Assembly (NCBI GenBank): GCA_004431415.1
Contig: QPMI01000141.1
Coordinates: forward strand, 1-64,000
DNA length: 64,000 nt
Reading direction: 5' to 3'
Source: Cyanophora paradoxa CCMP329
Taxonomy: Eukaryota > Plantae > Glaucophyta
The notes below the pieces were generated by a model. The model was not told the origin of the DNA. It was given only the letters and a program-made list of their open reading frames with translations, and made no database searches. Positions 44,472-56,500 of the stretch are shown here, one piece after another. The first letter of the stretch is position 1. Every line of letters starts with the position of its first letter. Position numbers and translations under genes: made by a program.

Positions 44472-44927
44472 CGCTGATCGCGGCGGGGCGCGGCGCTCCC
44501 GCCGCTGCGCGCTAGCTAGAGGTCCGACCTGGGGTGCTCGCGATCAGCGGCGAGCGGAATGCGAGCGAGGCGCAAGGACGCCCACCTCGAACGAATGAGA
44601 AGCTGCGGCAGCGTGCAAAACCTTCTCCACGAGCTTATCGACAGAGTCCGAGCCCGATCAAGCTGCGAAGCGCGCTGCGATGGTCTGCACGCGAGCAATG
44701 CGTCAAGTCGACCCCGACAGCGAGAAACGTACGTGGGTTGGCAGTGAATGAACGCACAGTGAAATGCGGGGGGGGGGGAACGGGCGCGCGGCGGGTACAG
44801 CCGGAACTTCGTCTCGTCTCGGCTCCAGCTGCGAGCGCCAGGAGCGTGCTCTTCGTCGCATTCCAGGAGATCGCCGATCAGAGATCTTCGCAGGCTTGGC
44901 GTTCGGCGCTCAGGAGAGCGGCGGCGA

Positions 44928-47001
44928 ATGAGCGGCGCGGGCTCGAGCTCGCGCAGCGGGCGCGCGGGCAAGCGGCGGCGCGCGGAGAGCGCCGAGACAG
45001 CACCGGCATTATCCAGCATTGCTCCGGGCTCTGTCGAGGCCGAAGCGACGACCGCTGCGCTGCCCGACGAGCTGCTGGCGCTCGTCTTCCGGCTCGGCCA
45101 GGAGCACGCCGACTGGGAGTGGCCGCCGGCGCTGGCTCAAGTCTGCTCCCGATGGCGAGCAGTGGCGGAGGGCGTCTACGGACAGGCCTGCGTGGAGCCC
45201 GTCCCCACTCTCGCGTGCGCTTGCCCGGCTACCGCGACCGCACAAAGAGCGCCTGACCCGCCTCTCACCTCCGACTGACGCAGGATCGTGGCGGACGTGC
45301 TGCGCGGGCGCCCCATGTGAGCAGAACCTGCCTTCACATCGAAGCGCTGCGGCTGATATGGCTTGCGCGCAGGCGGATCGCTGAGCTCGCGCACCCAAAC
45401 GAAGCAGTCGACTTTCTCCGGGCGGCCGCACGACAGAAAGCCCCAGACGATCTCAACGCGCTTGCGAACTTCTATTGGATTCGCGAGCTCGGCGAGATGC
45501 CGGCAGCGGTTCAGGAGCAGCTAGCTTATCCGTGCGAGGTCGCGGCGGCAGAGCTCGAGCGGCAGCTGCGGGGCCAGCCGCCGTTAACGGCGCTGCGGCT
45601 GACGGCGTTCAGCATACGGCGCGACAAATGCATCTTCTGCGCAGGAGCGGCCTTCGGGACGGGTCTGTTGGCGCGGTCGCTCGTGCGGCTGTCCCTCTAC
45701 TTGCCCACCTTCCACCCTCACGAGTGGAAGTCCTTCTCGTTGCCATGGCGGTTTTACAAAATGCTGGCCGAGGAGGCCCCGCTCCTGGAGGAGGTCCGCC
45801 TGCGCGGCGCCGACGGCCGCATCATTACTCAAGGCGCGCGCGAGGTGCGTGCGCACTGCTCCGCGCTCTGCCCACAAGACACTCTCACACAGACTCGCCG
45901 CAGCTTTCAGGGCACCCGAACATCCGCCGACTCGGCGTGCGGCTCGCTGGCCTGAACTCTCGGCTGTGCGCGGAGCTGCTCGCGAGGCACCCCCGTCTCG
46001 AGTGGGTGTACGGCTTGGACGTCCTCAGCGATACCTTCACCCAAGGAACCTTCAGCATACGTGCGGCAGGGGAGGTGTTAGAGGCGTTTGCGGAGCGGGG
46101 CGTCACCTGCCGCGCCTACTCCGTGCTCGAGACTCACGACGACTGCCACATGATGGAGCTCCCCGTCGAGGCCTTCGCCGCCGTCTTCCGCCCCGCATCG
46201 GGCCCCGCCGCTGGCCCCGCCGCCCTCCTCCTCGACCTGACCGTGCTGCGCGAGACGGGCGACGCTTGGCCCGCCGGTTTCCTCTCCGGCCTCCAGCGGT
46301 GCGGCACCGGCACGCCACGCCCCAGTCTTCGAGCCTTCCTCACCGAGTCTAAGTTTCTCGCAGGTGCCGCCTCGTGAGGTGCTCGGCGGCGGGCGTCGTC
46401 CTCCTCCTCGCTTCCCTCGAGGGTCCGCCCCGCCCGCCCCGCCGGCCCGCGGCGCCTCTCCCCAGGTCCCCTCTGTCTGACCCGCCCTCAGACGCCCGCT
46501 CGCTCGAGAGCCTCGAGCTCGAGAACCTGCTGAGGACAGGAAACGACGGCGCGCCTCCCCGCTGCCCTGCCGCCCTCGGCGCGGCCCCGGCCCCTCACCG
46601 CGGCCCGCAGATCCGACCCCGCACATAGACGCTCTACTGGCGGAACTCGAGCGGCTCGCGCGCGCCGGCGGCCCCGGCCTGCGCATCTCCGTCGCGTGGA
46701 GCGAGCCGTGGGACTGGCTGCAGCTGGCCACGGCCGGCCCCGTCGCCCGATTCGTGCGGGGCGCCGCCGCCTCGCCGGCCTTCCTCCGGCGCCTCCAGCT
46801 CCGCATCACCTTCCCCCGCGGGCGAGCCCTCCCCCTTCCCCCTCGCTGGCCCCACGCTGACCGGCGGCCCCCTGCAGGCCGGAGCTCGATGGGGCGCTCG
46901 CTGCCTTCGAGGCGGCCCGCGCGGCCCTCCCGCCGGAGCCCGACGGCGCCCCGCCGGCTGCCGCTGCGAGCTCGGGCGTCGCCGCCCAACTCGGGGCGTA
47001 G
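44928..47001 (+). CDS. F-box protein with LRR-like C-terminus, multi-exon
   Basis: ALPDELLALVF...LAQVCSRWRAVA, then Leu-rich LxxLxL segments; end approximate. Confidence 0.7.
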
Positions 47002-47210
47002 GGGCGTCCCGAGGGCGCGCCCTAGCCTAGCTAGAGGCCTGCCTCTGCAGCGGAATCATAGTATCACTGATATTTCAGCACAAAGGCCCGCCGCCTTGCA
47101 ATTGATCATGATCATGAACATGTGAGGTAATATTAATGTACATACTGGTACAGTGGAAAGAAATGAAAAAGAGGCCCTTGAGCTCGCGGGGGCCCCAAGG
47201 AGCGCCTCGG

Positions 47211-50200
47211 TCAGGGCATCTCGCCGGCGGCGCTGGCGTTGGCGAGCGCGAACTGCGCGGCGCGGTCGGCGTCCATCGCGTCTGCGGCGGCGCGGGACGT
47301 CAGGACCAGGGCGCGCCAGCTCGGCCCTGAGGCGCGGGGGCGGACCGATGGCGGCGTCCAGCGTGTCGATGGCGGCGAGGAGGCACTCGTCCGGGGCGAG
47401 GAAGGCGTCGGGGCCGAGGAGGGAGGGGCCCCCGCAGGGCACGTCGGGGGCGACCCCCACGCCGTTCACCGCCGCCCCCGAGGGCGCCTCGTACCGCGCC
47501 ACCGTGATCTGCCCGCCCGGCCCCCACCCTCGCCTGAGCCCAGCGGCTGGGTGTGGCGGATTCAGAGAGGGGGGTAAGGACCTTCATACCCGAGCCGTCG
47601 GCGAGCTGCGTGCTTCAAGGTAAGCCGGGCGAGCCGGGCGAGGGGCGGGGCGGGGAGGCAGGAGGGGCGGGGGCCGCGCCTTGAAGATGTACTGGATGAG
47701 GCCCTTGCCGAAGGTGCGCTCCCCGAAGAGCACCGCCCGCCCGTTGTCCCGCAGCGCCGCCGCCACGATCTCGCTGCCCCCGCCCATCAAGGCCCCGGGG
47801 AGGGGAGGGCGGTGCAAGGACCGAGGGGGGCGCGGACCTCGCGGAGGCGGTGCCGGCGTTGGTGAGGATCACGAGCTGCCGGCCGCGCGTCGGGCGGGGC
47901 CGGGCGGGGCGGGGCGGGGAAGGGGCGGGGCGCACGGGCTTCTGGGTGATCGCCTCGTGGGGGAGGCGCGGGGCGTCCGAGCCGGCGGCCGCCCGCCCCC
48001 CGTCTGCCGCCGGCACCTCCAGCACCGGCGCCGGGCTCAGCAGCCCCTCCGCCTGCCCGTCGCCCTGAGCGAGCGGAGAGGGGAGGGAGGGCGGGGCGGG
48101 GAGGCCGAGGAGGGCGTACGCCGCTCGGGGAGTCCTCGGGCGGCTGTGGTATCCCCCCCGCGTAGGCGTCCGAGTCGACGGGGAAGAGGGTACGGAAGCC
48201 GTGCGAGTCCACCCTGCCCCGCCCCGCCGCCTCGGCGCCGGGCGAGCGGGGTTGGCGGAGGTCGCTGGGGGGTACGCACGTGCGGAGGATGGTGGCACCG
48301 GGCTCGGGGTCGAGCCACATGCGCGCGATCTCGATACCCTCCTCGAAGATGCCGCCTGTACCCCCGCCCCGCGTCGGTTGGCGCGCCGCGCCGCTAAGAC
48401 GGACTGCCAAGCACCAGGATTGTTCCGCAGGTCGAGGATGAAGCCTGTGGGGGTGGTCAGGGGCGGGGCGGGGTACGGAGCGGGGGCGCGGGGCGGGGCG
48501 CGGGGCGGGCCCTCGGCGCCGGCGGCCTCGAGGTTCTGGACGACGCGGGGCATCTCGCGGCGGCCGATGCTCCCGACGAAGCGGAGGCGCATGTACCCGA
48601 TGCTGTGGTCCGTGAGGGCCCCCATGCCCGCCTCCGGCGGCAGCAGCGCCGCCACCAGCGGCTGCCGCCCCGCGTCGGCCGCAGGCGCCCCGGGGGTACA
48701 CCGCCGCGGGGCGGGGGCGCGGCGCACCGCCCTGACCGCGGGGCGCCGCACGAGGGAAAAGGACGCCCTCGGGCCGTTCTTCTGCGGGGGGTACCGGTGG
48801 GCGGGTACTTGTGGGGGGCCGGCCAAGGGCGCCGTACCCTTGCCACCGAGATCTCGACGGGGGTACCCCGCGGGCCTCGCAGGAGCAGCGCCGCCTGGAG
48901 GGAGGGGTCAGGGCGACGGGGGGTACGGGGCGGGAGGGCGCGCCTCGTCGGTGGTCAGGTCGGTGGTGGGCATGCCGTCGATGGAGAGGATCTGGGGGAC
49001 GTGAGGGGCGGCAGCGGCGCGGACGGCTTGCTGTCCCCCGCCCGCGCACCTCGTCGCCGACGCGTACCCCGGCGGCCTCGGCGGGCCCGTCGGCGAGCAG
49101 GCCGGTGACGACCAGAGGGGGCAGCGCATCCCCCCGGGCCTTCTCCGCGCGCGCCGCCCGCTGGGCCGCGGCGCCGCGGCCGTCGACGGCGGGGGCGCCG
49201 GCGCCGGAGGCCTGGGGGCCGCGGCCGAGGCCCATTCCGACGCCGATGACGCCGTTGGCGCCGTGGACGCCGTTGCCCTTGAGGAAGGCCTGCAGCTCGG
49301 CGGGCGAGTAGAAGCGCGTGTAGCGGTCCCCCAGCGACGCCGTCATCTCCCGGATCGCCCCGTCTGCGCCCCCGGCCAAGGTGAGCCCCAAGGCGCGGGC
49401 GACGCGGCGCCGGCCGGGCCGGGCGGGGCGGGCGCGGCGCACAGGTGGCCTCCTTGAGGATGTTCTCGGCGCGGCGGTCGTAGCGCGGCAGGCCGCTCTC
49501 GCCCCGCGACTCGTCCGGCTCCACGTTTGCGCGCTCCTGCCGCGCCCTCAGCTGCTCCACCGCCTCGTCCATCCGCCGGTGCTGCGCCGGCCCGTCGGCT
49601 CCGGCGCGGTCGCACGGGGCCACGCCCCACGCGGCGGCCACGCGCACCGCCTTCTCGCGGACGGCGCGCCAGCTGACGAGGGAGCTCCTGAAGCTGCGCG
49701 GCTGCTGCTCGAGGAAGTTGTCGCGCAGGTCGCGCCACGCCTGGTCCACCAGGGCGCGGTACCGCAGCTCCACCGCCTGCGCCCGCTCCAGCTCCACCTC
49801 GGGCAGCGATCGCTCCGCGAACCGCTCGTAGAGCCTGTGCGCGTTGCGTACGGAAGATGAGCTGCAGCCAACCGGCGGCTCCTTTGACAGGGAACGCACG
49901 TGTCCGCAGCGAACGACGGGGACGGAGAGAGCTCAAATGCTGGAGCCGGGGACGAGCTGCACAGCGTCGCGAGAGAAATTGCGGTCGCTGCAATGGCCGC
50001 CGCCGCCTGGAACGCGCCGCCGGATCGGCCTTCATGTGTGTATGCAGTGGCCGCGGCGGCCGGCTTCTCGGACCAATCGGCGCCGCCCTCGGGGTGGCTA
50101 GCTTCGCAAAGGATGCGCCCTTGCCGGCGCCGATATCTCCGCTGCGCGTCCGGCTCTCCGGCCCGCGCCGCTCGGCGCGCGACCCTCCGAGACCAGGCCG

Positions 50201-50282
50201 CGGACGGGTCGCCAACGGCTCCGCATAGCTGCCGCGGTTGCGGCGGGGGGACCGCGGGCCCCAGGAAGCCGGCCGCGGTCAT
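47211..50282 (-). CDS. ctpA: C-terminal processing peptidase (S41A, PDZ), probably plastid-targeted, multi-exon
   Basis: LGDRYTRF, GPAEAAGVRVGDEILSIDG, ILDLRNNPGG, TASASEI, GERTFGKGLIQ, TVARY..PSG, GVAPDV; N-terminus MTAAGFLGP. Confidence 0.88.
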
Positions 50283-50568
50283 CGGTTCGGGGGTACTACG
50301 GGCTAGGTCGCCGCCTGTACCCGGCCTCGAATTCGAATGGAATCGTATATCCCCTGCAAAAGCCAGCAAGGCTGCGAGCCCGCGGCTGGACGTGCGGCGG
50401 ACACGGTGCGCGGCGATTAAAGTCCAGCTCCAAGCTCCAAGTCCAGCTCCCGCGAGGGCCGCGACGCGTGAAGTCGGAGCTTCAGGCGCTTTTCGAATTC
50501 GAACCTCGTTCGAGAGCTCGCCGGCGCCGCCTCCTGGCCAGCGCGGCGCTCTGGACGTCAGCAAGCAG

Positions 50569-53500
50569 GATGTGCGGCAGCTTTAGGTAGTAGCTGCAGC
50601 TTTCTCGGCGCGAGGGTCACCTCGCAACCTCGACGGCCATGCACAGATTCGTCCCTCGGTTCGCGTCGGCAGCCGCCCGAGAGCAGACGTGTGCTGTACA
50701 TTCCACATCTAATGCGAGCGCAGCGCCGTGTTGGAGCGGTGCGCGGGGCGGAGTCGGCGGCGCCGGCGGATCCGGAGCTCTGCAGCTGCAGCTGGCGCGT
50801 GGGGCGATAGTCGCGAAATAGCCTCAGCCTCCAGAAGCCTCTCAAACGCAGTAATATGCTTACTGGACATCAGCGGTGCGTATATGCGAACACGCCCCGC
50901 TCTCTTTCGTGACCTTTTTTGGCGCACCGACTTATTCGTCCCGCCCGGCCCGCCGGCCCTTCGATCCGGTCCGCCGCCGGGGAACGCTCAGGCTTCTCAG
51001 GTCCGTGACCACAGCCCAGCAGGGGTCTAAGTGGCTTTAGATCTACGAACGAGAGCACAGGGCGGCGCGGGGCCCTTTCCCGCCACGACTCCTGCTGACC
51101 GGGCCGCCTCCACCGCCTCGCGCAGCGCTCTGCGAGCGGTACAACAGCGGAGAGTCCTCCATCGAGGGTGCGGGCGCCTGCTCCGGCCGAGCCGCGAGCG
51201 CCGGCCGACGCGGGCGGGGCAGAGCTGTGCGACCTGGTGAACAAGGCCTTCTGCAGGGAGATCGAGGTGGTGCAGAAGCACGGCGGCGAGATCGTGAGCT
51301 TCCTGGGAGGTCGGGCCGCCCTTCCCCCCGCTCGCCCGCCCGTTCCAGCCCGCTGACCGCCCCGCGCCCTTCGGCGTCGTCGTACTCCTCCAGACGGGTG
51401 CGGGCGTCGCCGAATCCGGATCCGGATCGCTCGGCGCGCCGGCGCCGCTGACCGGAGCGCCGCAGGCTGCTGGTTTACTGGCCGCTCGAAGACGACATCG
51501 ACGGGGCGGCTGAGGAGGGGGCGGCGGACGGCGGCGACGGGGCGGCGAAGGGCGGCGGCGCGGATGAGCGCGGAGGCGGTTTGCCCGAGGCGGCGGCGGC
51601 GGGCATGTCGCGCCGGGCCGCAGCCGCCGTCTCCTGCGCCATCGAGGCGAGCGGGGCCGGCCCCGCCTGCGCTCCCCGTCGCCGGGCCTCGGGCTGACGC
51701 CGGCGGGCGGACCGAGCAGGTGCAGGAGCTCTTCAGCGCGCTGCGGCTCGGGGAGGGGATGGGCCTCCGCCTCCGCGTCGCCATCGCCGCCGGGCCCTAC
51801 CGCGAGTGCGCCCGCCGCCCCGCATCCCGCTGGCGCCGGCCCAAGCCTCCGGGGCGCAGGTACTTCTGCGGGATCGGGGAGCGCGGGGCTGGGGAGGAGG
51901 GGCCGGCGGAGTGCGGCTCCGACTTCGCGGGGGCCCTCGTCGACGAGCAGGGGCAGCTGGTCCCCGGGTGCGCGCTCCTCCTCCGCCGCCGCCGACGACG
52001 ACGCCGACGCCGGGGGGCGCGGGGTCGGGGCGCAGGCGGATGGTGTACTTCATCACGAGCGGGGCGATCCGGGAGGCCGGGGAGGCCCTCGGCGCGATCC
52101 ACCCCGGCCAGGTCGCCGTCTGCGACTCGGTGCGCTCCCCGGGCCCGGCCGGGGCCGGCCGTGGCCCCGCCCGGCCGCCGCTGAGGGGGCGCGTGCGGCA
52201 GGTCTTCGCGTACCTCCCGCGGGGGGCGCTGGGGCTCCCCGAGGCCCCGGTCGGCTGCTCCTCCTCGTGCGACGGCCTCAGCAGCGCGCACGTCCACGCG
52301 GCGGCCCCCGGCGGCGGCGGGCACGCCCTCCTCGCCCCACCCTCGTTCGTGGCCCCGGGGGAGTCGGTGGGGTCGGCCAGCTCGGGCCCGCGGGACCGGG
52401 ACCGCGATCCGGCCGCGGCCGCCCCCAGCAGCGGGGCGCTGGGCGGGCCCTCCATCCTCAACGCCATCTTCGGCGGGGGCGGCGGGCCCCTCGGCCGCCT
52501 CGGCGCGCAGCTGCTCCACGCTTCTTCGCCGCCGCCCCCGGGCCCGCACGCCCGCCCGCGCGGCCTGCGGGCCCTCCCGAGCCTCCCCGCCGTCGGCTCC
52601 AACGGCTCGCTCTTCAGCCTCGAGCGCGCCTCTTCGGCCTCGGACCGGGGCGCCGCCCTCGTGCTGGAGGGCCCCTCCCGGGCCGCCTTCGAGGCGTTCC
52701 TCGCCGCCCAGCCGCCCCCCGCGCCCCTCGCGGGGGAGTCCCCCGAGGAAATCGTGGAGGGGATGGGGGAGGAGCAGCGGGCGGCGCTGCTGCTCTACGT
52801 CCCCTACGCCGTCCGCGCCCGCGTCGACCAGCTCGAGCGCCACGGCGCCGCCATCGGTGCCGCCCCCGCCGCCCCTCGCCCTCGCCGCTCCCCTGGGCCT
52901 TCTGACACTCTCCCTCGCGGCAGACATCGCGCGGTACATGTCGGAGTTCCGCGCGGCGTCCGTGATGTTCGTGAGCCTCGCCGCCCTCGACACGGCCTTC
53001 GGCGTCGTCCAGCGCACCGTCCAGGTGCCCCGCTCCCGTCCCTCGAGAGGAGCGCCCTCCTCCTCCTCTGCCTCCCCTGAGGCCGCCCATCCGCAGACGC
53101 TGCAGGCGCTCCTGTACGCCCACCAGGGCTCCCTCCGCCAGGTCGTCCTCGACGACAAGGTACCCCCCTCGCCTCTCCCCCGGGCCCCCCGGCTCCCCGT
53201 GACGGCGCGGGGGCGGGGCAGGGCCTGGTGCTGATCGGGGTCTTCGGGCTCTGGCCGGTGTCGCACGAGGACGATCCCGTCCGCTGCAGCGCCTGCGGTC
53301 CGCAGACGTGGTGCTCGGAGCGGGGCGCGGCCTCCTCATCCCGGGGGGGCGCAGCGCTGGACATGGCGGAGGCGATGCACTTGCAGGGCCTGAAGGCCTC
53401 CATCGGGTGCGCGGCGGCGGCCCCAGCCGCGGCCTCCCCCCTCCCCGGCCCACGGCTCGGCCCCTGAACTCTCCCACCCGGCGCCGCGCAGTATCTCGAC

Positions 53501-56500
53501 GGGCCTCGTCTACTCCACGTTCGGTCCGCTGGCCGCCGCCGTCGCCTCGGGCCGCGCCGCGCCGCGCCGCGCCGCGCCGCGCGTGACGCGCGCCGCAGTG
53601 GGGAGCCCCACGCGCTGCGAGTACTCCGTCTTCGGGACCGGTGCCCCCGCCCCACCACGCGTCCCCCGCCCTCGCCCGCCCGCGTCCCCTGATCCCTCTT
53701 CCCTGCCCGCAGTCGTCAACAAAGCCGGTTGGCGATCTGACCCGCCCAACCGCCCTCCGCCCCTCCATCCCGGGGCCCGCCGCCCCTTCCATCTCACCCG
53801 AGCGCTCGCGCCGGCAGCGCGGCTGATGGCGATGGCGGACGGCGGCATCTTAGCAGACGAGGCCACCGCCGCCGCCGCGTCCGCCCCTCCCCGCTCCCGC
53901 TCCTCCTCCTCCTTCTCAGTTTGCTCCCAGGGGCCAGCGCGTGCTGATGAACCCGGCGGGGGAGGCGGCGCTGAAGGGCATCGCGGAGCCCGTCAGGCTC
54001 TTCGCGTCCGCCCCCTCCCGCCCCCCCCCCTGCCCTCTCCTCGGCCTCCTCTCCTGAGGGAGGGCGCAGGCCTCGGGGCCTCCGGAAGGCGACGTGGTGG
54101 AGCAGCGAGTCCCCCGGCGAGAGCGACGCCGACGAGGCCGCAGGCGGGGGCGGGGGCGGGGGCGCCGGCGTGTGGCCGACGCCGGCCCACGGCCACCCGG
54201 GCCCCTCGAGGATACCCTCCGTGCCGTCCTCCCCGAACGGCAGGAACGACCCCTCCCGCTCCCCACCCCGCAAGCGGGTCCGCCTCTCAGCCCCTCCCTC
54301 TCACTCTTCTGGGCGCGCCGCGCCGCTCACGTGCGAGGCGCAGGGCGTGCCGCTGGTGGGGCGCGGGGCCGAGCTGCAGCTCCTCGACGCGGCCCTCGAG
54401 AAGGCGCCCCCCTCAACTTCGAATCGCTTCAGATCTCTGCTCTGGCTGAGGCCGCGCGGCAGCTCGTGTCGGGGGGCCGCGGATGGGAGGAGGGCGGCCC
54501 CGCGTCGCCCCGGACGGCGCGGACGGCCCGCACGGCGCGCTCGGTCGGCTCGCGCATCTCGGCCGCGGCGGCCGCCGGCGGGGGCCCCCGCAGCTCCCTC
54601 ATCATCCTCGAGGGCGAGAGCGGCATGGGTGCGAGCGCGCGCCGCCCCGTGAAGTCGAGAGGGAGCGCCGGGCCCCGACTTAGCCCCCTGCAGGGAAGAG
54701 CGCGCTGCTGCGGAGCGTGTGGGGCCTGGCGCGGGCGCGCGGGGCCGCCGTAGCGGCGAGCGCCCTCCGGCGCCACCACCGCCGCCAGCCGTCCGCGCCC
54801 CCGAGCTCACCCGAGCCGCCCCCCTCTGAGTCGGACGACCAGGTTCAACGGGTGGCGGCACATCCTGCAGAGCCTCTTCCCCCTCGGGGAGCTCCAGGTC
54901 AAGAGACCCTTCCCCCGCCCAGATCGGCTCCTCGAGCCCGCCCCGCTTGACCGCGGCTTGGTGGCCAGATGGGCCCCTTTTTGGACCGGGAGGGGGTGGA
55001 GCTGCTGCCGGAGCTGGCGGCGGCCCTCGCCCTGGATCCCGACGCCTCCGTCGACGGCGGCCTCGGCCTCTCGCCCCCGCGCCCCTCCGCCCTCCCCGCC
55101 CCGCCCCGCTTCGGGCTGGAGCCCGACCCCGACACCGCCCTCCTCTCCTTCTCGGCCGCCGCGCCGTCGACCCCCCGCCCCCGGCCCGAGGGCGGCCCGC
55201 CGGCGACGGGGGCGGGGGCGCTTGCGCTGAGCCCGCCGTCGGCGGCGGCCTCGCGGCAGCGGTCGGAGAGCCCGCGGCGGGGGCGGCGCAGCCTGACGTG
55301 GACGGAGGCGACGCCGGAGCGCTCCACGCCGGAGCGGAGCCAGGGGCGCGCCGCCAGCAGCCGCCACCTCGGCGTGCGCAGCCAGGGCCCCGGCACGGGC
55401 AGCCACGCGAACAGCGCGAGCCGCAGCGGGAGCCGGCACCCTCGGCCGCCGCCGCCTCGGGGCGCTCGCTGGCCGCCGGCGCCGACTCCACCGCCCGCCG
55501 CCTCTTCCCGGCCCCGCCGGCCGCCCCGGGCCGAGGCTGGGGCGGGGCTGGCGGAGCGGACGGACGAGGCGCGGGCGGCGGGCCTGCGGGCGCTCATCGT
55601 GCGGCTCGTCCTCCGGCGCGCCGCCCTCGGGCCCCTCGTCCTCCTCTTCGACGGTGGCCCCTTCCTCACCTCCTCCGCCCCTCCGAGCTCCCTAACGGGG
55701 CGCAGACGTGCACTGGGGGGACTCGCAGACGTGGCTGACGCTGCAGGACCTCGTGGGGGAGCTCGAGGAGGCCGAGGGCAGCCGCGTCGCCCTCGTCGTC
55801 GCCGCCCGCCCCCGCAGGCCCGCCCCGCCCGCCCCGCCCCGCCCCGCCCCGCCCCGCCCCGCGCCTCGCGCCGCGACCGAGCCGGCCGCGCCCGCCGCGT
55901 GCGCAGGCTCTCTCGGTGGCGACGCGGGCGCTGCAGCGGCTGCGGCGGAAGCGCTCTGCCTTTAGCGTCGCGCTGCAGGCCATGCGCCTCGCCGACGCCG
56001 AGGAGCTCGCCGCCAGCGTCCTCCGCGCCCGCTCCCTCCCCCGCCAGCTCGCCTCCTTCGTCTGTGCGCCCCCGCCTGCTCGTCTTTCTCCTCCTCCCCC
56101 GCGGCCCGCTGAGGCCCTGGGGGTCGCAGACGAGCAGTCGTCGGGGATCCCCTCCGTCGTGATCGACGTGGCGCAGGCGCTGCAGGAGAACGGCTTCCTC
56201 CACGTCGCCCCCGGCGGCGAGGTCCAGCTCCTCAAGGTCCGCGGCGCGGCGCGCCGCGGCGCGGCGCGGCGCGCTCCGATCCGCGGCCTCTTGACGCTGG
56301 GGCGGGCCCCGGCAGGCGCTGCGGCCGGTGAAGCCGACGGACGCGGTGCGGTCGGCGCTCTGCAGCCGGCTGGACCGCCTGGAGGGCCCCCAGCTCCTCG
56401 TCCTCAAGCTCGCCGCCGTCGTCGGCCGCCGCTTCACCTGGCCCGAGGCCCGCCCCGCCCCCAGGCCGCCCCTTCGCCTTGGACCGACCGACCGCCTCCT